Source: Candidatus Sumerlaeaceae bacterium
GTDB taxonomy: Bacteria > Sumerlaeota > Sumerlaeia > Sumerlaeales > Sumerlaeaceae
Assembly (NCBI GenBank): GCA_051003195.1
Contig: JBPCLP010000039.1
Coordinates: 64,001 to 128,000 of the forward strand
DNA length: 64,000 bases
Direction of reading: 5' to 3'
A program made the position numbers and the translations under genes. Shown one piece after another: positions 9,455 through 19,841 of this stretch; within the stretch, counting starts at the first letter, position 1, and each line of letters opens with the position of its first letter. Below the pieces are notes generated by a model that saw only the letters and a list, made by a program, of their open reading frames with translations, did not search any database and was not told the origin of the DNA.

Positions 9455-11329
9455 ATGAACCCACACTGGAATGAAGCAGAAGCTCGTCGACTCAAACACA
9501 GGCTTGGAGCAACCTGCCTGGGTGACGGCGGCTGTCTTTTTCGTGTCTGGACTCCTGGCAAAACCTCAGTTAGCGTTCACCTGGTACATCCTGTTGAATC
9601 GATTCACCCCATGGCACCCTGCGAGTTTGGCTACTGGGAAGCAACAATCACCGGGGTAAGCGCCGGCACGCGGTACTTGTTTCAAATCGATGGCAAAGTC
9701 GACCGGCCGGATCCTGCGTCGCGCTCCCAGCCCGACGATGTACACAAAGCATCGGAAGTCATCGCCGACAGATTTCACTGGGAGGACCAGCATTGGTTCG
9801 GGACTCCGCTGAGCAGATATGTGATCTACGAGCTTCATGTCGGCACCTATACACCCGAGGGAACTTTTGAGGCGATTATCCCGCACCTCCAAATGCTGAA
9901 GGAACTGGGCATCACGGCCATCGAGCTGATGCCCGTCGCACAGTTTCCGGGTACGCGCAATTGGGGCTACGACGGCGTTTATCCCTACGCAGTGCAGAAC
10001 TCCTACGGCGGGCACACGGGACTTAAGAAGCTGGTGAATGCCGCACACAACCAAGGTATTGCGGTGCTGCTCGACGTCGTCTTCAACCACCTGGGGCCCG
10101 AAGGCAACTATCTCGGCGAGTATGCACCGTACTTCACGGAGCGCTATAAAACGCCATGGGGGCAGGCCATCAACTACGACGGGCCCCACAGCGAGGAGGT
10201 CCGCCGCTTTTTCGTCAACGCTGCATGCGAATGGATCGAAGAGTACCACATCGACGGCTTGAGGCTGGATGCAACGCACTTCATTTTCGACATGTCGGCA
10301 AACCCGTTCCTCCTGCATCTGGCTCAGCGCATCAAGCAAACGGCTGATGGGGTAAATCGAAGAGCATATCTCTTTGCAGAGACAGACACGAACGACTCAC
10401 GCTGGATCCGGCCGGATACGATTGGCGGTTTTGAAATGAACGCACAGTGGAATGATGATTTCCATCACGCGCTTTATACCCTGCTGCCAAATGCCGATGC
10501 CGGGGCTTACACGAATGATTTCGGCCGGTTTTCGCAACTCGTAAAAGCGTTTTCCGACGGTTATGTGTACACGGGCGAGTACTCGAATTTTCGTAAGCGC
10601 CGTCATGGAAATCCGTCCGCCGACATTCACGGCAAGCGCTTCGTCGTCTTCGCGCAAAACCATGACCAGGTGGGCAACCGGCCCAAGGGGGAACGCATGT
10701 GTGCGCAGGTAAGCTACGAAGGTACAAAGCTTGCCGCAGGGTCGGTCCTCCTGGCGCCCTATCTCCCAATGCTCTTCATGGGGGAGGAGCACGCGGAGAC
10801 AGCTCCGTTTCTCTACTTTGTCCATCACGGCGATCCCGGCCTGATCGAGGCCGTACGGAACGGACGTAAAGAGGAGTTTGCCCATTTTATGACCGATGTT
10901 GAACCCGCTGATCCTCAGGATCCGCAGACGATGGAGCTCTCCCGTGTCGATCACCGCCTGCGTGCCGCCGGGCGCCATAAGTTGTTATGGGAATTGCATC
11001 GAGAGCTGTTGCGTCTGCGTCGCGAGGTCGCGCCGCTCGCCGATCTGTCGAAGGAACACCTCAGGGTGCATTCGTTCGACGATGAGCGCGTAATTGCTCT
11101 CTATCGAACCGACGGAGAAGACGAAGCCATTGTCCTTCTCTGCTACAAGAGCAGCAGCGTCAGCATTGACTTGCCGTTACGGCAAGGCCGGTACGTGAAG
11201 ATATTCGACAGTGCGGACCAGCAGTGGATGGGTCCAGGTACCAGTGCGCCGCAGCAGGTCGACCTCGAAGGTGAAACCACCCGGATGAAACTGCCGGCAG
11301 AATCAGTTACCGTTTATCTCCGGCTTTGA
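9455..11329 (+). CDS. treZ: Malto-oligosyltrehalose trehalohydrolase (GH13)
   Basis: PDPASRSQP, YELHVGT, RNWGYDG, DVVFNHLGPEGNY, GLRLDA, QWNDDFHH, QNHDQVGNR. Confidence 0.92.
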   Translation: MNPHWNEAEARRLKHRLGATCLGDGGCLFRVWTPGKTSVSVHLVHPVESIHPMAPCEFGYWEATITGVSAGTRYLFQIDGKVDRPDPASRSQPDDVHKASEVIADRFHWEDQHWFGTPLSRYVIYELHVGTYTPEGTFEAIIPHLQMLKELGITAIELMPVAQFPGTRNWGYDGVYPYAVQNSYGGHTGLKKLVNAAHNQGIAVLLDVVFNHLGPEGNYLGEYAPYFTERYKTPWGQAINYDGPHSEEVRRFFVNAACEWIEEYHIDGLRLDATHFIFDMSANPFLLHLAQRIKQTADGVNRRAYLFAETDTNDSRWIRPDTIGGFEMNAQWNDDFHHALYTLLPNADAGAYTNDFGRFSQLVKAFSDGYVYTGEYSNFRKRRHGNPSADIHGKRFVVFAQNHDQVGNRPKGERMCAQVSYEGTKLAAGSVLLAPYLPMLFMGEEHAETAPFLYFVHHGDPGLIEAVRNGRKEEFAHFMTDVEPADPQDPQTMELSRVDHRLRAAGRHKLLWELHRELLRLRREVAPLADLSKEHLRVHSFDDERVIALYRTDGEDEAIVLLCYKSSSVSIDLPLRQGRYVKIFDSADQQWMGPGTSAPQQVDLEGETTRMKLPAESVTVYLRL

Positions 11330-12180
11330 TCCGGCACACTCACCGAGCCGACCATCTCGACAGTTGCCGTTGTGTCTGTCGCAGGTAGCCGAACCTTGTT
11401 TTCGTCCGCAAACTTGCCCGTGAGCAGAAAAGAGATCACGTTCTTGCCGGTGCGCGGCATCATCTGAATCACGGGATGCGCATATGGCAGCACGAGAAAA
11501 TCTGATGCGCCTTCCAGTTGTGTGCTCTCCACGCTTACAGTGCCGTCATTATCGCCCGGAATGAGCGGGTTCATACCACGGGAACGCCCACTGCCGCCCG
11601 CGATGATTCCAAACTCGCAACACGGTACCCCGGCACCGGCGCAGCCACCCTGGTCGCCCTGCCGCAATTGCTGTCCTGCTGGTCCAAGGATGAGCTTGTA
11701 CGGCAGCCAGTCGCCCAGAAGATCCGCTAGGTAGGCGCCTTTGTTTGGCGGAGCGATCAGTACCACTCGACCCAGGTGTTGCGGCCTGTGGTTCTTCAGG
11801 TAGGTCCGCACCACAATTCCACCCATCGAATGCGTGACGAAACTTACGTCCTGCTCAGAGTACTTACTTACCTCTTCGTGCAGCAGTTCCGCGATCTCGT
11901 CCAGCGACATCTTCGTGGAAGGATAGCGCCAGTTTACGACTTCGTATCCGTGTTTGCGCAACATGCTGCGCATCGCCAGCATATCGGTGCGGCCCTTGCC
12001 AATGCCATGCAGTAGAAACACGACCTGGCGTCGCAGTTCCGACTCACTGCCCGCCGTTTCGCGCGATTCGAGTTCACTGTTTGCAGTGCGTCGACCCGTG
12101 GTCGCGGCATGCGATTCAGGGCGCGGCCAGCCAATCGTAATCGCAACGAACATGACAAATCGATAAAGATACTTCGACAT
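11314..12180 (-). CDS. Secreted alpha/beta hydrolase (lipase/esterase-like)
   Basis: LLHG, nucleophile elbow THSMGG, APPNKG, NDGTV, C-terminal His. Confidence 0.8.
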   Translation of the reverse strand: MSKYLYRFVMFVAITIGWPRPESHAATTGRRTANSELESRETAGSESELRRQVVFLLHGIGKGRTDMLAMRSMLRKHGYEVVNWRYPSTKMSLDEIAELLHEEVSKYSEQDVSFVTHSMGGIVVRTYLKNHRPQHLGRVVLIAPPNKGAYLADLLGDWLPYKLILGPAGQQLRQGDQGGCAGAGVPCCEFGIIAGGSGRSRGMNPLIPGDNDGTVSVESTQLEGASDFLVLPYAHPVIQMMPRTGKNVISFLLTGKFADENKVRLPATDTTATVEMVGSVSVPDQSRR

Positions 12181-12294
12181 CAGCAAAGATAACCGGGAAC
12201 CATGAAGTCAATTCGCTGGATTCTATAGCAGGAAACCGGCACGGCTGGTAAAGTAAAAGAACACGCGGGAAGCTCTAAAGGCCCGACTGCTCTT

Positions 12295-14961
12295 TTACCG
12301 CTTTTTCTTATCGGTTCGCTGCAGTCGCTCGATGTGCGACACCACATCCTTGTAAGCGGCGTCTACACGGAAAATTTTTCGATAGAGGTCCAGGGCGCGC
12401 TCATCCTGCCCGTCGTCTTCCATCATTTGCCCGCTGCTGTAAAACAGGGCCTTCAGGCTGTTCTGCTGATCTTCGGGAAGGTCAGAGCGCAGGTCCGCAT
12501 CCCGCAGCGCTTCGTCTGCCTCCAGGTACATTCCTTTGCGTGCGAGCACATATCCCAGCTTGGCACGCGCAATTCTGCGGTCCGGGTTGTTCAGCCCCGA
12601 GCGCTGGTATTCGGCAATGGCTTCGTTCAACTGGCCGAAATCGTGGAACAGGTCGCCGAGCTCCTCGCGCAGCTCCGGCGTATTCTCCCCTTTTGCAATC
12701 AGCGCCTGGATTTCTGCGATTCGCGCCCGCTTGCGCTTCTCTTCCATGTCTCGTATCAGTCGACGGTATTGCACGTTGTCCGGCTCAGCCTGTGCCGCTG
12801 CCTGCAATCGTTGCAGCGCGAGATCAAACTTACCCCGGCGCGATGCGATTTCTGCCATGCGCGACAGTAGTTCCGGGTCGTTCGGGTGGTCATGCAGCAC
12901 GGCAGCGCCGGCGCGCTCCGCACGTTCCATATCTTCCATCGACAGTGCGGCATCCAGTTCCATAATTCGCAACCCGGCATTTGCCTCGCCACCTGTGGCA
13001 TAATAGCGGTCGAGCATCGCCAGTGCATCCTGCGCTGTGCCGTTCTGAAACGAGTAATTCACTTCTGCCAGGAGCGACGGCTTGTGCCTGGGTTCCTGCG
13101 CCAGAATTTTTACCGCTGCATCGTGCAGCAGCGCGTCCGCGTTCAGTTCCCCCTGCACCTTTTCGTGATATAGATCGAATGCTCGATCATACGCCGCGTC
13201 GCGCAGGTATAAATCGCCAAGGTAATCCAGCAGCCGGAAGTTGCGGCCATGCCGATTCAGAAGTTGCCGAATCTCGCGCTCCACATCCTGCCGCAAATCC
13301 GGTTCCCGACGCAGCAGATCTTCGAGTTCCACGACTACACGGTCTGCTCCTCCTGATGGCACAAGGCGGTCATAGTAAGCGAAGCGTGCATCCAGGTTTG
13401 ATGGATCCTTGCGGGCGAGCTCAGCCAGTTGCTGCAGTTCCTGCGCGCGAAGCTTCGTCCGGATGGTTTTATCCAACGCATCAAGGTCGCTCGCCACACC
13501 CCCTTCCGGCGAAACGGCACGCGCGCGCGCAATTTGTTCCGAGGCCTCCGCCATCCTGCCGCCTTCGTGCAGGCAATACGCCAGCGTGGTGAGCGCCTTC
13601 GCGTCTTGCGATAGATCCGGATCTCCTTTTACCAGTTCCTCCACACGCGCATAATCACCTTCGGCGTAGTGTTCCTCCAGCACGCGCAGCTTTTCCTCGA
13701 GCGTCGCCTGCCCGCCAAGCAACAACCGGTTCAGGTGACGTAATACCGAAGCCCGGTCACCTTTTTTCCAATAATACGCGACCAGGTTGCGCCGTTCATC
13801 CCATGTGTTCTCGGGATCGAGGTTCGTGATCTGCTCGACCAGTTGCGCGGCATGATCAATGTCGCCGCGGCGGCGCGAAATCTCCACGAGTGCCAGCAGT
13901 GTGGGCAGATCGCCGGGATGACGTTCGAGCAATTGCGTGTAACAGGCCGCCGCCTTGGTATACGGCGGTCCTTCGCCTGCTTCAACTTCACGGCAAAATG
14001 AGCGCTGATCGTCCGCGACGCCCAGCTCAAACACGAGTTCCCGCAATATATCGTACCATTCGCGACGTTGTGCGGGTGGCAGTGCCTGAATTTCCTGCAT
14101 TGCCTGCTGCTTGCGCCCTGCAGCCAGCCAGTTGTTCGCCAGCCGCTTGAAGGTTTCGTAGGATGGTTCGGTCCGCTGCAATATTTCCAGTGCTTCGATT
14201 GCTCGCTCCGTTTGCCCCGCCTGTTCGTAAACGTCCGCCAGGGCTCTTACGATATGCGGCGAGCGCGATGAAATGTCGGTCGTGCCCGCCCCCCCAAGTA
14301 GATAAGCGAGCGACGCCTCCGCCTTGCCGGTCCTGGCGAGCGCCAGTCCGTAGATTTCCTCGGCATGCGGATCGGCCGGTTTAAATAAAAGTCCGGTATG
14401 AGCCGCCCCGCGTGCAGCGGCATGGGCGTGGGCGCGCAATAGACTGTCCGCCGACCGGATCGACGCTGCGCCGATGGCGCGTTCCAGCAGGGGTATAATA
14501 AATGGCACCAGAACGACAACAACCGCCGCTCCAAGAAAAGCAAAGACTCCGTCGGGAGCTACACCCAGTGCACCCAGCGCCCAGCCTGCCAGGTGAACTG
14601 CAAAGGCTGTCCAGAGTAGATGAATCCGCTTTTTAGGACGTTGCCGGCGCCGGAAGTCCAAGCTCATGAAATAGGCGAGCAGCGTCGTTCCGAGACCTGC
14701 CAGCACGATGCCCGCCACTATCCATACAAAAACACTTAAATTGGCCGATGCTATGTCGGTGTAGTACTCGCCGAAAATGGCACCCCGGCTCGCGATCGTA
14801 TAACTCGCGACGGCGCACAACAGGTTCACGGCTATCGAAACCACCAGCAGCACATTAAACAGTGCCATGCGTTTACGGCTGGGCTCTGGCTTCGCAGGCG
14901 CCGGAACGTGTTTCGCAGGTGCGGCCGTAAATTGGGGATCTATGGGAGATTCGACGGACAT
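12295..14961 (-). CDS. Membrane-anchored tetratricopeptide repeat protein
   Basis: Four N-terminal TM helices followed by many TPR-like helical pairs. Confidence 0.8.
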   Translation of the reverse strand: MSVESPIDPQFTAAPAKHVPAPAKPEPSRKRMALFNVLLVVSIAVNLLCAVASYTIASRGAIFGEYYTDIASANLSVFVWIVAGIVLAGLGTTLLAYFMSLDFRRRQRPKKRIHLLWTAFAVHLAGWALGALGVAPDGVFAFLGAAVVVVLVPFIIPLLERAIGAASIRSADSLLRAHAHAAARGAAHTGLLFKPADPHAEEIYGLALARTGKAEASLAYLLGGAGTTDISSRSPHIVRALADVYEQAGQTERAIEALEILQRTEPSYETFKRLANNWLAAGRKQQAMQEIQALPPAQRREWYDILRELVFELGVADDQRSFCREVEAGEGPPYTKAAACYTQLLERHPGDLPTLLALVEISRRRGDIDHAAQLVEQITNLDPENTWDERRNLVAYYWKKGDRASVLRHLNRLLLGGQATLEEKLRVLEEHYAEGDYARVEELVKGDPDLSQDAKALTTLAYCLHEGGRMAEASEQIARARAVSPEGGVASDLDALDKTIRTKLRAQELQQLAELARKDPSNLDARFAYYDRLVPSGGADRVVVELEDLLRREPDLRQDVEREIRQLLNRHGRNFRLLDYLGDLYLRDAAYDRAFDLYHEKVQGELNADALLHDAAVKILAQEPRHKPSLLAEVNYSFQNGTAQDALAMLDRYYATGGEANAGLRIMELDAALSMEDMERAERAGAAVLHDHPNDPELLSRMAEIASRRGKFDLALQRLQAAAQAEPDNVQYRRLIRDMEEKRKRARIAEIQALIAKGENTPELREELGDLFHDFGQLNEAIAEYQRSGLNNPDRRIARAKLGYVLARKGMYLEADEALRDADLRSDLPEDQQNSLKALFYSSGQMMEDDGQDERALDLYRKIFRVDAAYKDVVSHIERLQRTDKKKR

Positions 14962-15045
14962 TTATCCTCGTGCTGCTGATGCAGGAATGTTGTTAATTCA
15001 AGTGGAAGAAAACGGCTGCACCGCAATTGAGGCCATGTCGCTGAT

Positions 15046-15690
15046 TCAGCCGCAACTCTTTTCCATCAGGTTGCATAAACTGTCCGGCGTCTCCCGGTGG
15101 TAAATGTACGTCGAAGCCTCAATTTTGCGCACATTGAAGCGCCCCTGGGCGCGTTGCGCAAACTCATAGTCCGTTCCAAAGTCCGGCGGGCGGAACCCAT
15201 CAAGCTCCTGGAAAACTTGCCAACGCATAAAGAACGTTCCCCCAATGAAACACTCCGACAGTGCGACATGCCTGTTCGGATCGTTCACGTCGCGAACGTA
15301 ATCCGGACCGCCAACGATCTCAACTCCACCGTGGAGAAGATCGGTTTCCGGATGTGCCTCGAAATAAGCGAGCCGCATCTCCAGGTGATCAGGCCGATAC
15401 TCGTCGTCCGAATCGAGAAACGTGACAAACCCAGCGTCTGCATGCCGCATTCCTGCATTGCGTGCGAGCGCCAGACCAGCGTTTGGTTGATGCAGGTAAT
15501 TGACTCGCACGTCAGCTGAACTGTAGCGCTCGACCACGCTGCGCGTGTTGTCAGTGGAGCCGTCATCGACCACGATCAGTTGCCAATCCAGGATCGACTG
15601 CCGCAAAACCGAGTCGATCGCGCGCCGCAACAGGTGCGCGCGATTAAAAGTGGCGAGGACAACGGAGACCATTTCAGGTAGTCGGTCCAC
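15046..15690 (-). CDS. Glycosyltransferase family 2
   Basis: VSVVLATFNR, IVVDDGSTD, N.G.A.ARN.G, FLDSDD. Confidence 0.9.
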   Translation of the reverse strand: MDRLPEMVSVVLATFNRAHLLRRAIDSVLRQSILDWQLIVVDDGSTDNTRSVVERYSSADVRVNYLHQPNAGLALARNAGMRHADAGFVTFLDSDDEYRPDHLEMRLAYFEAHPETDLLHGGVEIVGGPDYVRDVNDPNRHVALSECFIGGTFFMRWQVFQELDGFRPPDFGTDYEFAQRAQGRFNVRKIEASTYIYHRETPDSLCNLMEKSCG

Positions 15691-15819
15691 TCGGACGCTT
15701 TTGCTGTCAACTTGAGCCTCTCAACACGAAAGTCATGACCCAATCCAGTCACCCGCACATTTTTTGTTCGAACCTGCTTTTTATGGTTGCATTGGGTTTC
15801 AAGCTTAGGTTTATAGAAA

Positions 15820-15828
15820 TGATAAACT
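15820..15828 (+). promoter_or_regulatory. Putative extended -10 promoter (TGaTAAACT)
   Basis: TGn-TAnnnT in an AT-rich stretch upstream of the motif-rich region. Confidence 0.45.
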
Positions 15829-15834
15829 CGATTC

Positions 15835-16091
15835 AGGGCTTATCAAAAAGTGTGTTGCTTCTCCGGCGGCGGCACATCGACCGACAGCAGGATTTCATCA
15901 CAGCATCTTGACTTAGCAGCAGTTAAGCATCAGTCGTACAACAGCTTCACAGCATGATCTCAGCAGGCGAACATCAAGTAGCTCAGCATGACAGGTGTGC
16001 CGTATCATCTAAGTAGCTCAGCATGTGGCCGGGCCGGACGCTAGGCCCTGCATTTCGCGCCGAAAGGCGATGGAATGCAGGGCGTTTTTTT
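15835..16091 (+). ncRNA. Candidate sRNA with repeated CAUC/CAGCA motifs
   Basis: No + strand gene between the divergent GT2 gene and a + strand U-tract terminator; ~9 AGCA and ~9 CAT(C/G) motifs; exact 15-nt repeat. Confidence 0.55.
16045..16091 (+). terminator. Intrinsic terminator, + strand
   Basis: gccctgcatttc/ggaatgcagggc stem capped by cgccGAAAggcg, followed by T7. Confidence 0.85.
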
Positions 16092-16102
16092 GTGCTTTCG
16101 AT

Positions 16103-16864
16103 TCACGCAAACTTTGCCGAAAAGACCCTGGTTTCGTAGGAAAATACGACGTTCCCCTTCCGTTCATGCTCATGGAAGAGCTTCTCCATGCCGCCAAACA
16201 GTTCATCGTGACCCGGCTGGCCCTGTAACGGTACGTAACTGCACGAAAGCAGGCGCCCCCTCAAACCTTCCAAAGTAAAATGCTGCTCATTCGAAAAGCT
16301 ACTGCATTGCATTCCATCGCCCAGAAACGCGCGGATGTCCTCTTCGCGGATGTTTTCATGGTTCACGTCAGCGTAGTCAGTTCCATGGCGCAGCAGCAGC
16401 CGTTCGTAGTCGGCCAGAAAGGGAGTGCTGGTAAGGCGCGCGTTCCATAGCAGAGCCACCAGCGCGCCGGGTTTGCCAATGCGCTGGAATTCCGCCCGTG
16501 CCAGGTTCCGGTCGAACCAATGAAAGGCCTGCGCGCAAATGATAGCATCCACCGAATTGTCCGCGAGGTTCGTCCGCTCGGCAGTTGCGTCGACGCTGTG
16601 AAATTTCGAATAGTGCCCCAGCAACTGTTCGGCAGCAATGCGCATGGGTCCGTTTGGCTCGACACCATAGACGGTGCAGCCGCGTTGCAGCAGCGGTTCG
16701 GCGGAAATGCCGGTGCCTGAGCCAATATCCGCAATGATCGAATCACCGGTTAATCCTCCCAGGCTCCAGAGGTGATCGATTGCTGCGTCCGGGTAATGCG
16801 GACGGTACTTCACATAGTTCTCAACACGGTCACTGAAACGATGAACGGTTTGCATCATGCTCAT
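16103..16864 (-). CDS. Class I SAM-dependent methyltransferase
   Basis: YVKYRPHYP, ADIGSGTG, AQAFHWFD. Confidence 0.9.
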   Translation of the reverse strand: MSMMQTVHRFSDRVENYVKYRPHYPDAAIDHLWSLGGLTGDSIIADIGSGTGISAEPLLQRGCTVYGVEPNGPMRIAAEQLLGHYSKFHSVDATAERTNLADNSVDAIICAQAFHWFDRNLARAEFQRIGKPGALVALLWNARLTSTPFLADYERLLLRHGTDYADVNHENIREEDIRAFLGDGMQCSSFSNEQHFTLEGLRGRLLSCSYVPLQGQPGHDELFGGMEKLFHEHERKGNVVFSYETRVFSAKFA

Positions 16865-16964
16865 CTTTTAGATCTCTCGTTCCGCCGTGCACGCAAATTC
16901 GGTTGCACCTTTAACAGCCTTCGCCGTCAGTTGCCCGAAGCTGTAGTTTGCAAAGGATTCATGA

Positions 16965-17462
16965 ATGGCTGAACACGCCGAAGCACTTCTGGAAGAGGAA
17001 AATCGCGCTGCCGCCGACGCCGGGCGCGAGCTCAGTAAAAAATCGCGAACCGACTGGCCTCACTATTTTATGAACATCGCACGTGAAGTATCGACGCGTG
17101 CAACGTGCGATCGGAAACACGTGGGTGCGATTGTCGTCCGCGATAAAAATATTCTGTCGACCGGCTACAACGGCAGCATCCGGAATCAGCCACACTGCGA
17201 CGAAGAAGGTCACGATATGGTCGGCGGCCACTGCGTGCGCACGGTGCACGCCGAGGCTAATGCAATCCTCCAGGCCGCGCGCAATGGAGTACGAATAGAC
17301 GGTGCGGACATCTACACCACAGCTTCACCATGCTGGGAATGCTTTAAGTTGATCGCAAACGCGGGCATCCAGCGCATCTTCTACCAGGAATTCTACCGCG
17401 AGCAAAAGAGCTTTGAGATCGCGAAGCAGCTTGGAATTGAGCTGATCAAAATCGAGGTTTAG
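16965..17462 (+). CDS. dCMP/deoxycytidylate deaminase family protein
   Basis: GYNG, HAEANA, PCWEC zinc motifs. Confidence 0.9.
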   Translation: MAEHAEALLEEENRAAADAGRELSKKSRTDWPHYFMNIAREVSTRATCDRKHVGAIVVRDKNILSTGYNGSIRNQPHCDEEGHDMVGGHCVRTVHAEANAILQAARNGVRIDGADIYTTASPCWECFKLIANAGIQRIFYQEFYREQKSFEIAKQLGIELIKIEV

Positions 17463-17543
17463 AGTTCCCGGCCAGCCGTCACGTACTGGGCTCGGCGGGA
17501 GAATAAGCTTTGCATGCCTCTGCCACACGATTATGCTGCCCAC

Positions 17544-18632
17544 ATGCAAACGATAATTGATCTGCGGAGCGACACTGTCACGCGCCCCTCGCCTGCAATG
17601 CGCAAAGCGATGGCAGAGGCGGAGGTTGGCGACGATGTATTTGGCGAGGATCCCACCGTCAACCGACTGCAGGCGCGCTTCGCTGAAATGGCCGGCAAGG
17701 AAGCTGCTCTTTTCGTGCCGTCCGGGACTATGGGTAACCAGATATGTCTGCGTGGTCTAGCGCAGGCGGGGGATGAAATTTTGTGCGACGAGAACAGCCA
17801 TATCATTCATTACGAAGCCGGCGCTCCCGCGGCATTATCGGGTCTTACGCCGCGGCCACTTACCGGCAATCGCGGGGTGTTTGACGAGAGCGCCGTCCGC
17901 ATCGCCATCCGTCCACTTGGCAACATCCACTACGCCCCCACATCCGTAATCGTAATTGAGAATACCCACAACCGCGGTGGCGGCACCGTTTGGTCGATCC
18001 GTAATATTGGAGACATCCGGCAGACCGCGCGTGAACGCGGCCTCCGTCTGCACCTCGACGGCGCCCGTATCTGGAATGCGATGGTTGCGACGAACACGAC
18101 ACTTGCAGAATGGGCGTCACTATTCGACACCTTGACGGCATGCTTCAGCAAAGGGCTCGGTGCGCCGGTGGGCAGCATGATTGCCGGGCCGGTCGAAATC
18201 ATCGAGCGCGGCCGCCGATTCCGAAAAATGCTGGGCGGCGGAATGCGCCAGGCGGGCATTCTTGCCGCCGCTGCAGAGTATGCGCTGGATCATGAACTGC
18301 CGCGCCTTCACGAGGATCATGCGTTGGCTCGCATGCTTGCCGTCGAACTGAAGCGGCACGGCATGGTTGAGGTGGAAAGCGATCCTCCTCCCACGAATAT
18401 GGTTTATCTTGTCCTCACGTGCGCGTTGTCTGGCGAGTTATCCGACCGTTGTAAAACAGAGGGCGTTCGTTTCGGACATGTTGGTGCAGGACGATATCGC
18501 CTCGTCACGCATCGCGATGTTACCTCCGAGCAAGTCGTCGAAGCCGCACGTATCATTTCAGAACAAGCTGAGAAGCTTGCGAAAAGGCCTGAAGTGGAAC
18601 TGGCGCCCGGGACGAAAGTAATACCAGCCTGA
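17544..18632 (+). CDS. ltaE: Low-specificity L-threonine aldolase
   Basis: DLRSDTVT, VGDDVFGEDPT, SGTMGN, ENTHN, HLDGAR, SKGLGAPVGS. Confidence 0.9.
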   Translation: MQTIIDLRSDTVTRPSPAMRKAMAEAEVGDDVFGEDPTVNRLQARFAEMAGKEAALFVPSGTMGNQICLRGLAQAGDEILCDENSHIIHYEAGAPAALSGLTPRPLTGNRGVFDESAVRIAIRPLGNIHYAPTSVIVIENTHNRGGGTVWSIRNIGDIRQTARERGLRLHLDGARIWNAMVATNTTLAEWASLFDTLTACFSKGLGAPVGSMIAGPVEIIERGRRFRKMLGGGMRQAGILAAAAEYALDHELPRLHEDHALARMLAVELKRHGMVEVESDPPPTNMVYLVLTCALSGELSDRCKTEGVRFGHVGAGRYRLVTHRDVTSEQVVEAARIISEQAEKLAKRPEVELAPGTKVIPA

Positions 18633-18701
18633 TTGGGAGTAGTCCAGACCGGCGCGACGACCCCAATGGGCAAAGACTCGCTCGATTGATCTGATACCGA
18701 A

Positions 18702-19841
18702 CTAACTAATAACAGCCTCGGCGGCATTTGCCTCAGCGGCCACCCGCTGTTTCTTTAGACGCACCAGCCACATTGCGAATGCCTTGTTACCCAGGATTAC
18801 ACTCAGGATAATCGCCGCCTGCATAATTTCGATAATGTCCTTCGGTACATCGCCCGCGGCGGCGACCTTTCCGTAGTTCAGCACGCCGAAGAGCAGCGCC
18901 GTAAACAGCAGCCCGATCGGGTGATTGTTCGCCAGCAGCGCAACCGCGATACCCAGAAAACCCAACCCGGCGCTGAAGCCTTCTTCGAAATACCCTTTAT
19001 GGCCGAGCACGAATTCCACTCCGACGAGCCCGCTTAATGCACCACTCAGGAACATACTGAGCACGATAATCCGCCCCGGCGAAATACCTGCAGCCCGGGC
19101 AGCATCCGGGTTTTTACCCACGGCTCTAAGCGCGAATCCAAACCGTGTGAAGCGCAGCATCGCCCAGATGGCGACCGCCGCGATTACCGCCAGCCAGCTT
19201 GCATGGTTCAGGGTTGCTCCTTCAAACACAGGAAACATTTCCTGAAGGCGCGGTACCCGCAGCGTGCGTGGCATTGCGGGCGTCTGCATGCGTCCAGCCT
19301 GGGCGAACGTACCACCTGGCCGCAGAAGATAGTTTACCAGCGAATACGCGACGAAGTTCATCATGATGGTACTGATAACCTCGTGCGCACCTGTCACAGC
19401 TTTCAGCACCCCGGGTATGGCTGCCCAAAGGCCCGAGCACAGCATCGACAGCCCGACTGCTCCAAGCAGATACAGGGACCAGTGGATGCCGGAGATACTT
19501 TCCTTCGGCACCTGCTTCAGGTAATAACCAGCAATACCGAGCACCACCGCACCTATATAGAGCTGCCCCTCCACACCGATATTAAACAGGCCTGCATGAA
19601 ATGCCACCGCAACCGCCAGCCCCGTGAACGTGAGCAGCGTAGCTGAGCGCAGCACCTGGCCGAAGCCGTACCAGTTCCTGACGCCAGGCACAGACGACTC
19701 GAACGGCAGGCTCTCCCGCACGATGTTGCGAAACGTTGCAATCGCCGGGTAACCGGTTGCCCAGAGGAAAAGCATACCCACAAGCACGCCCACTGCAACC
19801 GCAAGCAGCGGTACAATGATGGTGCGAAGTAAGCGTTCCAA
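18702..19841 (-). CDS. ABC transporter permease (CUT2 nucleoside/sugar type)
   Basis: GLFNIGVEGQ, HEVISTIMMN, GIAVALL..N.P.G. Confidence 0.88.
   Translation of the reverse strand: MERLLRTIIVPLLAVAVGVLVGMLFLWATGYPAIATFRNIVRESLPFESSVPGVRNWYGFGQVLRSATLLTFTGLAVAVAFHAGLFNIGVEGQLYIGAVVLGIAGYYLKQVPKESISGIHWSLYLLGAVGLSMLCSGLWAAIPGVLKAVTGAHEVISTIMMNFVAYSLVNYLLRPGGTFAQAGRMQTPAMPRTLRVPRLQEMFPVFEGATLNHASWLAVIAAVAIWAMLRFTRFGFALRAVGKNPDAARAAGISPGRIIVLSMFLSGALSGLVGVEFVLGHKGYFEEGFSAGLGFLGIAVALLANNHPIGLLFTALLFGVLNYGKVAAAGDVPKDIIEIMQAAIILSVILGNKAFAMWLVRLKKQRVAAEANAAEAVIS

Noticed and set aside
15819..15911. 30-aa ORF MINSIQGLSK... over the candidate sRNA
   Set aside because: No RBS, its ATG overlaps the putative -10 box, and the motifs continue past its stop without codon periodicity
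15870..16091. Type III toxin-antitoxin RNA array, tmRNA, 6S, SRP or RNase P
   Set aside because: No co-oriented toxin gene follows the terminator, repeats are irregular, and no hallmark motifs of those RNAs are present
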